A stretch of DNA of 57,336 nt from Methanobacteriota archaeon (GTDB lineage Archaea; Thermoplasmatota; Poseidoniia; Poseidoniales; Thalassarchaeaceae). Each line of letters begins with the position of its first letter. The first letter of the stretch is position 1. Positions 19,366 to 28,721 of the stretch are shown piece by piece. Position numbers and translations under genes: made by a program. The notes beneath the pieces are model-generated. The model made no database searches, was not told the DNA's origin, and saw nothing but the letters and a program-made list of their open reading frames with translations. The stretch lies in contig NZWD01000040.1 of NCBI GenBank assembly GCA_002698225.1, positions 1 to 57,336 of the forward strand, given 5' to 3'.

Positions 19366-20123
19366 ATCGGGCCAAAATTCACTGGCTGATCGGCGACAGC
19401 CTTCCCGAACACACTGCCATGCTAGAGGCCGTTCCAGGTGTTGGGAATGTGGGTAAGTTAGTCGTTGACTCATTGGTTGAGAAGCATCCTTCTCGCACCC
19501 TAGCTTGGATTCTACATCCCGACTTCCCTCCTCATGCAACATTAGATGGGAATTCTCTCTTGGCCCCTCCACGGATTCGCATAGACTCCGTACTTCTGCC
19601 TGATGGTAGTACGGTAATCGTAGTTGGTGGGAATCTACAGCCCATGACCGCTGCGGGCCAACACGAGGTCTCAGAGGCCATTCTGAAACTGGCCTCAGAT
19701 TCAGATACTCCACAGCTGCTAGTACTTGCTGGGCTCGCTGCAGGGGCAGAAGACAGGCAGATTCATGTCATCTGTGCAGACGCTGATGTCAGAAAGAGGC
19801 TAGAAGCGGATGATATTCCAGTCAGCAGAGAGCATCCCGAGGCCGGAATGATAGGAATTGCCGGACTTCTAATCTCACTTTCTCCACTTTATTCGGTTAG
19901 CACCATCGGCCTGGTAGCCGAGACCGTGGGTGCGAGTGCTGATGTAATGGCTGCTGACAGATTGGCTGCCTGGATAGAAGCCGGATTGGACTTGCCGCTT
20001 AATCTGAGTTTGGATTCCACGGAGAGGACAGCGGAGAAGATACTGGATGAGATGAATGTCGGAGGAGACTTGGAAGAGACTCTAGCGATGACTGAGGGAG
20101 AGTCTGGTGACTTCTATGTCTAG
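19362..20123 (+). CDS. PAC2-family proteasome assembly chaperone
   Basis: EAVPGVGNVGKL, DFPP, GNLQP, GIAGLL; follows nop10 as in many archaea. Confidence 0.85.
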   Translation: MNRAKIHWLIGDSLPEHTAMLEAVPGVGNVGKLVVDSLVEKHPSRTLAWILHPDFPPHATLDGNSLLAPPRIRIDSVLLPDGSTVIVVGGNLQPMTAAGQHEVSEAILKLASDSDTPQLLVLAGLAAGAEDRQIHVICADADVRKRLEADDIPVSREHPEAGMIGIAGLLISLSPLYSVSTIGLVAETVGASADVMAADRLAAWIEAGLDLPLNLSLDSTERTAEKILDEMNVGGDLEETLAMTEGESGDFYV

Positions 20124-20129
20124 TCTAAC

Positions 20130-20330
20130 CTATCCGCCCGAGGAAACGACAATCAGTTCGAGGCTGATGTCGGATTCGATGATTGAAGTGTGAGGTACAA
20201 TCGTATCCCCATGCACTGCTAGGACAGTAGAAGCGGGAATGGACAACCTGTCTAGAATCTGCGAGATGCTGATTGGTACATCTGACTCTAGAGATAGCGA
20301 CCTGTTGTCATGCTCGACCTGGATTCTCAC
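20130..20330 (-). CDS. ThiS/MoaD/SAMP ubiquitin-like protein
   Basis: 66 aa from GTG 20330, beta-grasp-like pattern ending VVSSGG; the longer ORF start overlaps the tRNA-Ser. Confidence 0.8.
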   Translation of the reverse strand: MRIQVEHDNRSLSLESDVPISISQILDRLSIPASTVLAVHGDTIVPHTSIIESDISLELIVVSSGG

Positions 20331-20384
20331 ACCCCTCACACATCGGGTCAGCCTTATGTTTGATTCGTAGGTAGCCGGAGCGCT

Positions 20385-20470
20385 GCCGAGATCGCATAGC
20401 CCGGTATTGCGGTGGATTCGAAATCCACTGTCCATTGGACGCGGGGGTTCAAATCCCTCTCTCGGCGCCA
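20385..20470 (+). tRNA. tRNA-Ser(CGA), CCA encoded
   Basis: GCCGAGA acceptor stem, anticodon arm GTGGA-TTCGAAA-TCCAC, long variable arm GTCC-ATT-GGAC, GTTCAAATC, ends TCTCGGCGCCA. Confidence 0.96.
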
Positions 20471-20478
20471 ACAGAATC

Positions 20479-22320
20479 TCAGTATCTAGGAACTTCTGTG
20501 GAGTCTCGCAGGACTACTAGACGTCCTCCGGGACCGATCCTGACCTGCGGTTGCCCGTTGAACTCACCAATCTCGCCATTTAGAATCGCTATCTCGTCGC
20601 CCCTTGTCACCCCTGCTGCAGCAAGTGGGATGAATTGCCTGAATGCTACTACTCCGGCTGAGCCAGTCTGGTCAATTAGTGTCACAGACCATCTGCTAAC
20701 TCCCTTTCCATCTGGGAAGGCATTGACCGCCCAAACTCTGCCAATTGCATTGACTCTGGTCTCGATATCGACTATGGCTGCTGTGTCCGATTCATTCGCG
20801 ATTTCTACGGAGGACTTTTCATCGAGATCCAGAACAACCTCGCCCTTCCATGTCGACGCCATGGCATTCTCGATGCGGACCCTGCTTCCATTGGTTATGG
20901 AGCGAGTGACTTCTCTGGGTGCGCCGTAGCGAGAGGGTTGTACCTTGGCCCGGTCGTACCCTTCCTGTAAGGTGAATGAAAGCTCCACGGAACCATCCTC
21001 AGCAAGATTCGGGCCACGTAGGCCTGATACTTCACCGACCACATTAACTCGGGTGACAATCTCTCCGAGAGGAGTTATTGGCCAACTGTGGCCAAAGCGG
21101 TCGATACTACGCTCTAGGGGGAGGTCAAGTTCGTGGTCGCTGCCCTCACAGATTCCTCGCAAATCGCAGTAATTGCAGCGTGCTCGCGGATCTGAGTCGA
21201 TTGGAGTCTCAGAGGGAACTCCTCCGTCATCGAAGTAGTTCAGTGGAGCCGGTTCTGGCGGACACTCGTGCATCTCAGGGTCCCTTGCGTGGATCTTCTG
21301 GTACAACTCTTCCAATTCCGAAGAGAGATCTTCCATCTCGATTCCCGAAGGGCATTCTACTTCCTTGATTGCCTCGGCTCCCAGATACCATATCTCCAGC
21401 GCCTCGACCTCCTCAGTCCTGTCATGGGTCTCCCACCAGAGCCAGCAGTAGAGGCGTAATTGGTCGATGTATCCTGCGGATCGATCTCCCCTTCCGATGG
21501 ATGCCTTGAGGTCGATTATCCTGATTCGGCCTGTCCAACCGTATACCATGTCGTACTCTCCTTGAAACCACTCGTCGGGGTGTGATGTGGTCTGCTTCCA
21601 CTGTCCTGCATCCGGATCAACGAACCAAGGTCTTGCCAACTCCCATGCCTCACACCATGACACTTTTCCGGAATCTTGAGCGGCGGGATGTGTTTGGTTC
21701 CACTGGCGGGGGAATCCATCAGGAGGTGGCCAGTGACCTCGTTCTTCGCCTGCTCTCCAACTCTCCATTCCAGGACCTCCCTGGGCATTCAAGCAAGCCT
21801 CAACCTGGTCTATATGCAACCGGAGGCCGGCCCTGACCATTTTCCTCGCTTCCTCAGGGTCAGCGTCTTCAACCGAGCCTTTTCTGTTCGGAGATGCTTC
21901 CCAATCATCGACAGCTGCCTCCCAGCACCTGTCGAAATGGACCTCTGCACGAGAGTTAGCCCAACTGAGCAGTGAATTCCTATCTGTTGGCCATTGGTCT
22001 TCGGGCAACTCAATGGTTGCGGGGCCGGGCCAGGCCAGTTGGTTGTCATAGGCCGGAGACCCGTCATCAAGAAGAGGAGTGATCATCTCGTCGACAGCAT
22101 CAGAAGACACGAGTACAGGAGAGTCTCGGAGGACGCGGCAGACGCACTCCTCGACGGCATTTCCGCGAATAATCTGAGGCGGCAGGGGTGACTTCAGGCG
22201 CTCGATGTAGTTGTAGTACCATAGCCTGTTGCAGGATTTCCAAGTGATGACCTGTGAGGCTGAGAGTCTGCGGAATGGATTAACTCCAACCGCTTGTGGA
22301 TTGCCTTGCCTGACCGGCAT
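20479..22320 (-). CDS. PD-(D/E)XK (Cas4/AddB-like) nuclease with Cys motif, fused to two C-terminal OB folds
   Basis: RLSASQV..WKSC, RGNAVE, QGEYD..IIDLKAS, QLRLY, CNYCDLRGIC; then two RVN(V/A)xGxV repeats with TLIDQTG and GEFNGQPQVRIG; ORF open to 22374. Confidence 0.78.
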   Translation of the reverse strand: MPVRQGNPQAVGVNPFRRLSASQVITWKSCNRLWYYNYIERLKSPLPPQIIRGNAVEECVCRVLRDSPVLVSSDAVDEMITPLLDDGSPAYDNQLAWPGPATIELPEDQWPTDRNSLLSWANSRAEVHFDRCWEAAVDDWEASPNRKGSVEDADPEEARKMVRAGLRLHIDQVEACLNAQGGPGMESWRAGEERGHWPPPDGFPRQWNQTHPAAQDSGKVSWCEAWELARPWFVDPDAGQWKQTTSHPDEWFQGEYDMVYGWTGRIRIIDLKASIGRGDRSAGYIDQLRLYCWLWWETHDRTEEVEALEIWYLGAEAIKEVECPSGIEMEDLSSELEELYQKIHARDPEMHECPPEPAPLNYFDDGGVPSETPIDSDPRARCNYCDLRGICEGSDHELDLPLERSIDRFGHSWPITPLGEIVTRVNVVGEVSGLRGPNLAEDGSVELSFTLQEGYDRAKVQPSRYGAPREVTRSITNGSRVRIENAMASTWKGEVVLDLDEKSSVEIANESDTAAIVDIETRVNAIGRVWAVNAFPDGKGVSRWSVTLIDQTGSAGVVAFRQFIPLAAAGVTRGDEIAILNGEIGEFNGQPQVRIGPGGRLVVLRDSTEVPRY

Positions 22321-22370
22321 GGCATGGAGTCCGAGTCGAGGCCCTATGAACCCAACGAAGAAGTCGTGAT

Positions 22371-23513
22371 TCAACTTGAATCATTCAGCCAGACGACAGT
22401 CACTTCCATCCTGTCGAAGGTCGGTGTGACCTCTACCATCGCCACGGGCGCATCTACCTCTTCGGCTATCGACTCGGCAATCACAAGTGGCAACTCAATG
22501 CGTTCCTCTTCGGGATCCCAGAGCATGAATCTCTGCGGTAGACCGGTAATCTCAGTAATCTCCTCAATCCAGTGGGCCTGATTCTCAGTAGAGGCATAGA
22601 CCGCTCCGAACATCAGTGTCGAATCTTCGGTGAGAGTCTCGTGAGGGGAGATTGTCGCTTCTCCTCTGCGCTCGAACCTTCTCCTCAACTGACCTGCGTC
22701 CTTGTACACGGCAGTACAGAATTTGACATGGAATCCATACGGCTCCCGGGAGACAGAGTCAGCTGGGTCGGGTAATCCATTGGCTGCACTGTTGACTCGA
22801 TCTCTGAGCATCTGGGCTAGTTCCGAAGAGCCTTCTGCGCCTGCAGTAATCTCAGTTGAAAGGTTGAATCCTCTAAGTTCCATGTTATCGTGATTGCCCA
22901 CGGTTATCTCCAACTCGTTGAGGTTGAGGAAATTGATACTAAAATCACGCAGATCCTCAATCAACTGCACCAATTCAGACTCCTTGTCCGGCTCACATGG
23001 TAACTCCACACCAGTCTCTATTCCGGCATCGCTGCAAGCAGCAATTACCTCACGGTACTCCTCTGCTTCCAAATCAAGCAAGTGGAATCGGATCTCGTCG
23101 AGACCCGCTTCTGCGAACTCAGAGGCCCATTCAGCCCTGAACGGGATGCTGGTGTACATATGCAGATGGAAAGAGGGGCCGAACTCCTCCTTGAGAGTTC
23201 GAATCCCCTCAAGCGTCCTCTCTCGAGCCATCAGAGGGTCGCCTCCGGTAATCCCGGCACCTGTGGCCCGCATCGCTCTAGCCTCTTCGATAACCGCGTC
23301 GAAATCTTCGCAGCGACGCTCGTTGGCAAACATGTGGTCGATATCTCGACGGGTCTCGGAAAGAGGACAGTAGTCGCATCGCCAGTGGCAGTTACCAGTG
23401 ATGAATAGAACCAGTTTGCTCCCCATCTGGCACTGAATGCACCCCTCTGAATCACCTTCATCAGGTGCTTCGGGCAGTGTATCTGTTTGTGAGAGAGGCA
23501 GTGAGAAGTTCAT
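22371..23513 (-). CDS. Radical SAM protein (COG2108-like, archaeal)
   Basis: GCIQCQMGSKLVLFITGNCHWRCDYCPLS (CX3CX2C), GITGGDPL, HLHMYT, GLDEIRFH, LNLNELE. Confidence 0.88.
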   Translation of the reverse strand: MNFSLPLSQTDTLPEAPDEGDSEGCIQCQMGSKLVLFITGNCHWRCDYCPLSETRRDIDHMFANERRCEDFDAVIEEARAMRATGAGITGGDPLMARERTLEGIRTLKEEFGPSFHLHMYTSIPFRAEWASEFAEAGLDEIRFHLLDLEAEEYREVIAACSDAGIETGVELPCEPDKESELVQLIEDLRDFSINFLNLNELEITVGNHDNMELRGFNLSTEITAGAEGSSELAQMLRDRVNSAANGLPDPADSVSREPYGFHVKFCTAVYKDAGQLRRRFERRGEATISPHETLTEDSTLMFGAVYASTENQAHWIEEITEITGLPQRFMLWDPEEERIELPLVIAESIAEEVDAPVAMVEVTPTFDRMEVTVVWLNDSS

Positions 23514-24112
23514 GCTGCTGCCTCCTCGGCTGCCTCGATGAGCCAGCGGTGGAATCCCGTGTCGGCTGAGAGTTCGGGGTGGAAGGTGAGGGCAAGTCTG
23601 TTGGCGTGCTTGATTCCAACTACTTCTCCATCGTGTGTAGCGGCTACCTCTGCTGAATCATCAATCGAATCAAATCTGGGTGCGCGGATGAAAACGCCAG
23701 GGAAATCCCTACCCAGCATCTCAGAGTATAGTTCGTCTTGGAAAGAATCGACTTGACTACCATAGGCGTTGCGGCCGATGCTGGCTGGAATCAGAGGCTC
23801 TCCCCCATCTTGTGGGTCGGAGAGCAGTATTGCGCCAGCACAGGTCCCTAAGACAGGTCGCGATGGATCACTACGAATCCAATCGAATACTGCTGGCAGT
23901 AGGCCTGAAGTCTCATGATTTCCTGTTAGCCTCATAGTCGTGGATTCGCCACCGGGCAGAACCATGGCGTGTAAATCCGCATCGACTAGGTCTGATGCCA
24001 TCCTGAGCTCGTGCAGACTGATTTCGATACCGCACTCTTCGGCGGCCCTCTGTAGTGCCGACATGTGGACATGTCTCGCGCCCTGCAGCATGACCAACCC
24101 TATGCGCAGCAT
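23510..24112 (-). CDS. pdxT: PLP synthase glutaminase subunit
   Basis: LQG, LPGGESTTM, GTCAGAILL, RNAYGSQVDSF, VFIRAP, TFHPEL; start at ATG 24112. Confidence 0.92.
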   Translation of the reverse strand: MLRIGLVMLQGARHVHMSALQRAAEECGIEISLHELRMASDLVDADLHAMVLPGGESTTMRLTGNHETSGLLPAVFDWIRSDPSRPVLGTCAGAILLSDPQDGGEPLIPASIGRNAYGSQVDSFQDELYSEMLGRDFPGVFIRAPRFDSIDDSAEVAATHDGEVVGIKHANRLALTFHPELSADTGFHRWLIEAAEEAAA

Positions 24113-24190
24113 GCCAGCGCGTCCGGCCACTCCGAAATTACTCTGTCGTGCCTCCGATGAACTGAAAGACTGGGGGCGAGACGTCGGATT

Positions 24191-25282
24191 GTGCAACCCG
24201 CGGGTCGCATCCACAACTTCGGCGCTGGACCTGCCGTCCTGCCCTACGAGGTGGTCGAAGAGGTCTCATCGGCCCTACCTAACCTCTCAGACAGCGGTTT
24301 CGGGCTGATGGAGGTCTCGCACCGCTCGGATACTTTCCAGGCGATTATTGACTCTGCCGTTGGCAGGGTCAGGAGTTTGCTTTCGGTTCCCGATGAATAT
24401 GAGGTCCTGCTATTGCAGGGAGGGGCCTCGACACAGTTCTACATGACTGCCCTGAACCTCATTGGCAGTGAAGGAAAGGCAGACTTCCTAGTATCTGGGA
24501 CATGGTCGGAGAAGGCTCTCAAGGAAGCGGGCAGAGTAGGGGACTCAATTGCTGCCTGGGATGGTTCAGATGAGAATTTCAGATCTGTGCCGGTGGATGG
24601 TGACTACTCTATCCGGGACGATGCTACTTATGTCCACTATACCACGAACAACACCCTATTCGGAACACAGTTCCATCATCTTCCAGACAGCGGAGGTAAG
24701 CCAAGGGTGGTTGATGCCAGTTCGGACATTTGTGGGGTGCCAATAGATGTCTCCAAACACGACCTGATTTATGCTGGCGCCCAGAAGAATCTGGGGCCTA
24801 GCGGAGTGACTCTGGTAATCCTCTCACCTTGGGCCTTATCGAGATGCCATGATGGGTTGCCAACCATGCTTGATTACCGTACTCATGTGTCGAAGGGCTC
24901 AATGTTCAACACGCCCAACACCTTCGGGATTTTCGTCCTCGATAGAGTACTAGCTTGGGTCGAGCGTAACGGAGGCCTATCCGGTGCCATAGAGAGGAAT
25001 CGAGCCAAGGCTTCACTGTTGTACAACGAGTTGGATAGAAGCGACTTCTGGAGACCGCACGCTCATGGGGGTTCTCGTTCTGTGATGAATGTGACATGGC
25101 GCCTAGCCGACACGAATCTCGAGGGCGTCTTCCTCGGTGAGGCTATGGACTCTGGGTTTGGAGGCTTGAAGGGCCACCGGAGCGTTGGTGGGATTAGAGC
25201 TAGTATGTACAATGGCTGTCCGATTGAGAGTGTCGAGGCATTGGTTGGGTTCATGCGGGACTTCGAGTCCCGTCACGGGTGA
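24191..25282 (+). CDS. serC: Phosphoserine aminotransferase (bacterial-type)
   Basis: NFGAGPAVLP, MEVSHRS, LQGGAS, YAGAQKNLGPSG, SMFNTP, LKGHRSVGGIRASMYN. Confidence 0.96.
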   Translation: MQPAGRIHNFGAGPAVLPYEVVEEVSSALPNLSDSGFGLMEVSHRSDTFQAIIDSAVGRVRSLLSVPDEYEVLLLQGGASTQFYMTALNLIGSEGKADFLVSGTWSEKALKEAGRVGDSIAAWDGSDENFRSVPVDGDYSIRDDATYVHYTTNNTLFGTQFHHLPDSGGKPRVVDASSDICGVPIDVSKHDLIYAGAQKNLGPSGVTLVILSPWALSRCHDGLPTMLDYRTHVSKGSMFNTPNTFGIFVLDRVLAWVERNGGLSGAIERNRAKASLLYNELDRSDFWRPHAHGGSRSVMNVTWRLADTNLEGVFLGEAMDSGFGGLKGHRSVGGIRASMYNGCPIESVEALVGFMRDFESRHG

Positions 25283-25290
25283 GGGGCACC

Positions 25291-25986
25291 ATGGATGCAC
25301 GCAGTGCCCTAGATATCCTCGACCTGACTCTACTGGATCGAGATGCATCCGAATCCGACTTGGATGAACTTTGTACATTGGCCAACCTACACCGTCCGGC
25401 TTCGGTGTGCGTTTTCTCTGAGCATGTCGCATATGTGGCAGAAAGACTCGATAATATTGCCATCAGTGCCGTGGCTGCAGGCTTCCCAGTAGGAAGCGAG
25501 GCCCCGGAAGAGGTCGTAGGTTCAATCAGACAAGCCATAGCTGCCGGGGCTAGTGAGATAGACTGTGTTCTCGAACCTCGAGAAGATGTATCATTCCCGG
25601 GGCAGGTAGAACAGGCGATGCTGATTGCAATGAGAGAGGCTTCGGCTGAGTGTGTGCTGAAGGTGATTATTGAAACCCCTTTGCTAGATAATAGGGGCAT
25701 GCGCGCCTGCACTCGGCTGGTATTGGCAGCAGGTGCGGACTTCGTGAAGACCTGTACTGGAAAGCGTGGCGAGTGCAGCGACGAGGCTGCTAGGATTCTG
25801 GCTTTCGAGGTCATGAGGCACGGAGTGACGATGGGGAGTCGCCCCGGAGTCAAACTATCAGGCGGAATTGGCTCTCTTGAGGATGTAAATCGGCTGGTAG
25901 AAATCGTGAGTTCGGAGGATTCCTCGATTCAAGGTCCGGGCAGGTTGAGAATTGGGGCTTCGTCTCTTCTTCACGAATTAATCTGA
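25291..25986 (+). CDS. deoC: Deoxyribose-phosphate aldolase
   Basis: LDLTLL, ASVCV, GFPVG, GASEIDCV, LKVIIET, DFVKTCTG, GVKLSGGI, RIGASSL; ORF open from 25279. Confidence 0.9.
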   Translation: MDARSALDILDLTLLDRDASESDLDELCTLANLHRPASVCVFSEHVAYVAERLDNIAISAVAAGFPVGSEAPEEVVGSIRQAIAAGASEIDCVLEPREDVSFPGQVEQAMLIAMREASAECVLKVIIETPLLDNRGMRACTRLVLAAGADFVKTCTGKRGECSDEAARILAFEVMRHGVTMGSRPGVKLSGGIGSLEDVNRLVEIVSSEDSSIQGPGRLRIGASSLLHELI

Positions 25987-25987
25987 G

Positions 25988-26060
25988 TGGGCTCGGCAGG
26001 AATTGAACCTGCGATCTTCGCCGTGTGAAGGCGACGTCATGACCCCTAGACCACGAGCCC
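25988..26060 (-). tRNA. tRNA-Val(CAC), CCA not encoded
   Basis: Reverse complement GGGCTCGTGGTCTAGGGGTCATGACGTCGCCTTCACACGGCGAAGATCGCAGGTTCAATTCCTGCCGAGCCCA; anticodon arm TCGCC-TTCACAC-GGCGA. Confidence 0.96.
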
Positions 26061-26157
26061 TTGAACTCCTGACATCACAATTTGGCAATAAGAGTGATGA
26101 CTCCCTAAGGAGCACAACTCCCGCCGGAATCAAAAGTCGGCCCCAATTCCGCGTTCC

Positions 26158-27603
26158 ATGGCAGCAGGACTTGACTTTGATGTTCTGAGTCAGAAAGAGA
26201 CTTGGCAAGCATTCGTAGTTGGTATGGTCTTGTTTTGTATAATCGGATACTCATCCCTGACGCTTTTCGGCCTCTCAGCCTCTGCTTACGGAGTGTCTGA
26301 CGAAGTAGTGCCGGTTCCTGATTTTGAGGTTTCAACGATGAATAGGACTGGCATTGATGATGTAATTGCAGACGAGAATGGGGTGGTTAGATTGTCTGAC
26401 TTGCAAGGTAATGTTGTTGTAATCGACTTCATGGCTGTCGATTGTGCAAATTGTCACTATGTACAGACCCATATTGAACAAGAAATAGCGAACTGGGAGG
26501 CCCTTCTAGGGCCTCACGATGTAATCGTATTATCGATTGGAACTTGGTATGGGTACGAATCATTCGACAGGATTAACGAGACATTTGGAGATACAAGATC
26601 TGCCAAGCATATGTCTTGGCCTGTTGCAAATGGTGGAACAGATGTTGTCCTCTTAGAAAATGGCGAAAGAGGCGATTTGGTAGAATACTACTCGGCTCAA
26701 GCCATACCCATAGTTATCGTAGTCGATCACGAGGGCTATGTCGTCGCCAAAGAGAGCACTGGTACACCACTAGATGGTTGGGAGGCATTCGATTCAGCAA
26801 TTGCGAGTGCTAATGCTGGTGAAGCAGAAGATCTACGATTTGGGATTAAAAAGGCTGATAGATCTCTCACTGGTGTCTTCGTGATTGGTCTTTTCCTAGG
26901 TATTCTAGTATACTTCTCACCCTGTGCTTTCCCTGTCCTTCCTTCCTACATTACATACTATCTGAATCTCGGGATGAGAGAAGACGAATTAAGGGAGGCT
27001 GGGAAGCTCTCAGGGAGTATGCCCAAGCCCATCGAGGTAGGTGGTTACGCGGCCTTAGGTCAACTGACATTCTTTGCCGTAATCGGTGGCATTATCTTCG
27101 GGCTTGACGGAATCATTGATCTCTCAGGAGTTCTGCATGATATCGCGATTGGTATCGCATGGCTACTGATAATACTCGGAGGGCTCATGCTGCTGGGGTG
27201 GACCTCTCATCTACTGAACTGGATCCAGGGTATTCTCGACCAATATCAGACCACAGAGATGGATGATCAATTTACGCCGAGGCGAAACATGTACCTCTGG
27301 GGGATAGGATATAGTGCTGCGTCGGTAGATTGTACTGCTGCCGCAGTATTCCCATTCGTTGCTTGGCTTGCTGTAGTCGGAAATGGTGCATTCGCCTTTG
27401 GAATGGCAGGCCTAATCCTCTCTGTTACCTTGCTGATGATTTCGGTAACTGCCCTAGTAGGAATGGGCAGACAAGCAATGCTTGACTTCCTTAGACGGTC
27501 GACTGGAATAGTGAAAGCGACCGGTGCTTGGATGATGATATTCGCTGGATTGGGGCTGCTTGTCTACCTGACACAGCCCGAGAAGGTTAGCGCCCTATTC
27601 TAG
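26158..27603 (+). CDS. Thioredoxin-like (TlpA/ResA) domain fused to a CcdA/DsbD transmembrane domain
   Basis: N-terminal TM, VPDF..RLSDLQGNVVVIDFMAVDCANC, then FSPCAFPVLPSY and AASVDCTAAAVF membrane cysteines within about 6 TMs. Confidence 0.85.
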   Translation: MAAGLDFDVLSQKETWQAFVVGMVLFCIIGYSSLTLFGLSASAYGVSDEVVPVPDFEVSTMNRTGIDDVIADENGVVRLSDLQGNVVVIDFMAVDCANCHYVQTHIEQEIANWEALLGPHDVIVLSIGTWYGYESFDRINETFGDTRSAKHMSWPVANGGTDVVLLENGERGDLVEYYSAQAIPIVIVVDHEGYVVAKESTGTPLDGWEAFDSAIASANAGEAEDLRFGIKKADRSLTGVFVIGLFLGILVYFSPCAFPVLPSYITYYLNLGMREDELREAGKLSGSMPKPIEVGGYAALGQLTFFAVIGGIIFGLDGIIDLSGVLHDIAIGIAWLLIILGGLMLLGWTSHLLNWIQGILDQYQTTEMDDQFTPRRNMYLWGIGYSAASVDCTAAAVFPFVAWLAVVGNGAFAFGMAGLILSVTLLMISVTALVGMGRQAMLDFLRRSTGIVKATGAWMMIFAGLGLLVYLTQPEKVSALF

Positions 27604-27606
27604 ATT

Positions 27607-28644
27607 TTATTGGCGCTGTATTGAATCGTATGCAATCATATTGAGTAGGTTCTCGCCGAAGTCTCTCGAATAGGCGCAAATCCTTCGGATTGATTCGGAT
27701 ATACGGTCCTCGAACAGAAGGCGGGAGGCCTTTCTTCTACCCGACCACAGGCCCTCTTCATGCTCTTTGAGAGACAATTGCGCCGCTTTCAATGAGTCTC
27801 GTGCTTCCTCTATCTCATAGGAATCGTGCGTTCTCAGGTTAATCATGAGTGACTTGAGGGCGTCCATCCAGACTGGCAATAGAGATAGAGGATATTCGTC
27901 TGCCTTCAAGCGTGGCCTTGGAGTGGTCTCTAGAGTCAGACGAGCCATCTCATGCGCGTGGTCCATCATTCTCTCTAGTGACCTTGCTAAATTGGCGTGT
28001 TCGACGCCTTGCTTCCTTCCCAGTCCAAGGGATCTTGCAACTTGCTGCGAGTCCAGCATTGATCCAACTTGCCTCTCAATCAAGTAATGCAGGCCATCGA
28101 CTTCTCTCTCACGCTCCTCAAAATCAGAAATTAACTCGTCATCTGACCCGATTAGAACTTCAAAAATGTCACGAACTAGGGATGATAGTAGTAGATACAT
28201 CCTGTTCAGGCTTGCGTGAAGAGGGAGTTCTCCTGCATTCAGCAGGCTAATCAGATTCACGCTACTTTCGGATTGTTCGCCAATCTCAAATCCCCGAGTA
28301 GAGCGAAGAAACCTGCGTATCTCACTAAGGGTGTCTCTGCTGAATTGGCCCACACTATCGACCGAAATCTCCTGAGCTCCTGAAAGGTAAGCCCCCATGA
28401 GGTGATCATACAGTGCGCCGCCAGGAATTCCGTCGAGATTCAATTCGACTAGCGTCTTCACCTCCTCCGCCGCGTCCAAAGGAGTGAGGGAAAGTTCTCC
28501 AGTTGGCCTCCATTCTACACGAATCCCATCTCGAGCAGAGAGGTTATTCGACAATATCCAGGGTTTGGGCAGGCTCATGGTATACGTAGAACCGCCTGTG
28601 AGTTGCAATCTACGGACATCTTGTTCACCGGGCCCTATTGGCAT
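27607..28644 (-). CDS. phoU: AbrB-domain PhoU-family phosphate uptake regulator
   Basis: RRLQLTGGSTYTMSLPKPW (AbrB-like), GAYLSG, EREVDGLHYLIERQ, ARSLERMMDHA. Confidence 0.88.
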   Translation of the reverse strand: MPIGPGEQDVRRLQLTGGSTYTMSLPKPWILSNNLSARDGIRVEWRPTGELSLTPLDAAEEVKTLVELNLDGIPGGALYDHLMGAYLSGAQEISVDSVGQFSRDTLSEIRRFLRSTRGFEIGEQSESSVNLISLLNAGELPLHASLNRMYLLLSSLVRDIFEVLIGSDDELISDFEEREREVDGLHYLIERQVGSMLDSQQVARSLGLGRKQGVEHANLARSLERMMDHAHEMARLTLETTPRPRLKADEYPLSLLPVWMDALKSLMINLRTHDSYEIEEARDSLKAAQLSLKEHEEGLWSGRRKASRLLFEDRISESIRRICAYSRDFGENLLNMIAYDSIQRQ

Positions 28645-28666
28645 GAATCGCCGATTCTAATTATTA

Positions 28667-28674
28667 CTATATAG
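28667..28674. promoter_or_regulatory. Palindrome CTATATAG in the AT-rich phoU/pit divergent spacer (candidate TATA box or operator)
   Basis: Perfect 8-bp palindrome within ttctaattattactatatagatta. Confidence 0.35.
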
Positions 28675-28721
28675 ATTACCCAACTACTCCATGAAGTACC
28701 TCAAGCGTTGCGGGCAGACCC

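Noticed and set aside
20385..22374. tRNA-Ser as an integration site for a Cas4-like element or casposon
   Set aside because: No integrase, Cas1, polymerase, terminal repeats or duplicated tRNA 3' end seen; flanking genes look like housekeeping genes.
14..26060. Two similar tRNA-Val sequences as attL/attR of a 26-kb island
   Set aside because: Both are full-length isoacceptors with different anticodons (TAC, CAC), and the region between them holds core ribosomal and synthetase genes.
26003..26188. Short ORFs over tRNA-Val(CAC)
   Set aside because: Explained by the tRNA gene; no coding signal.
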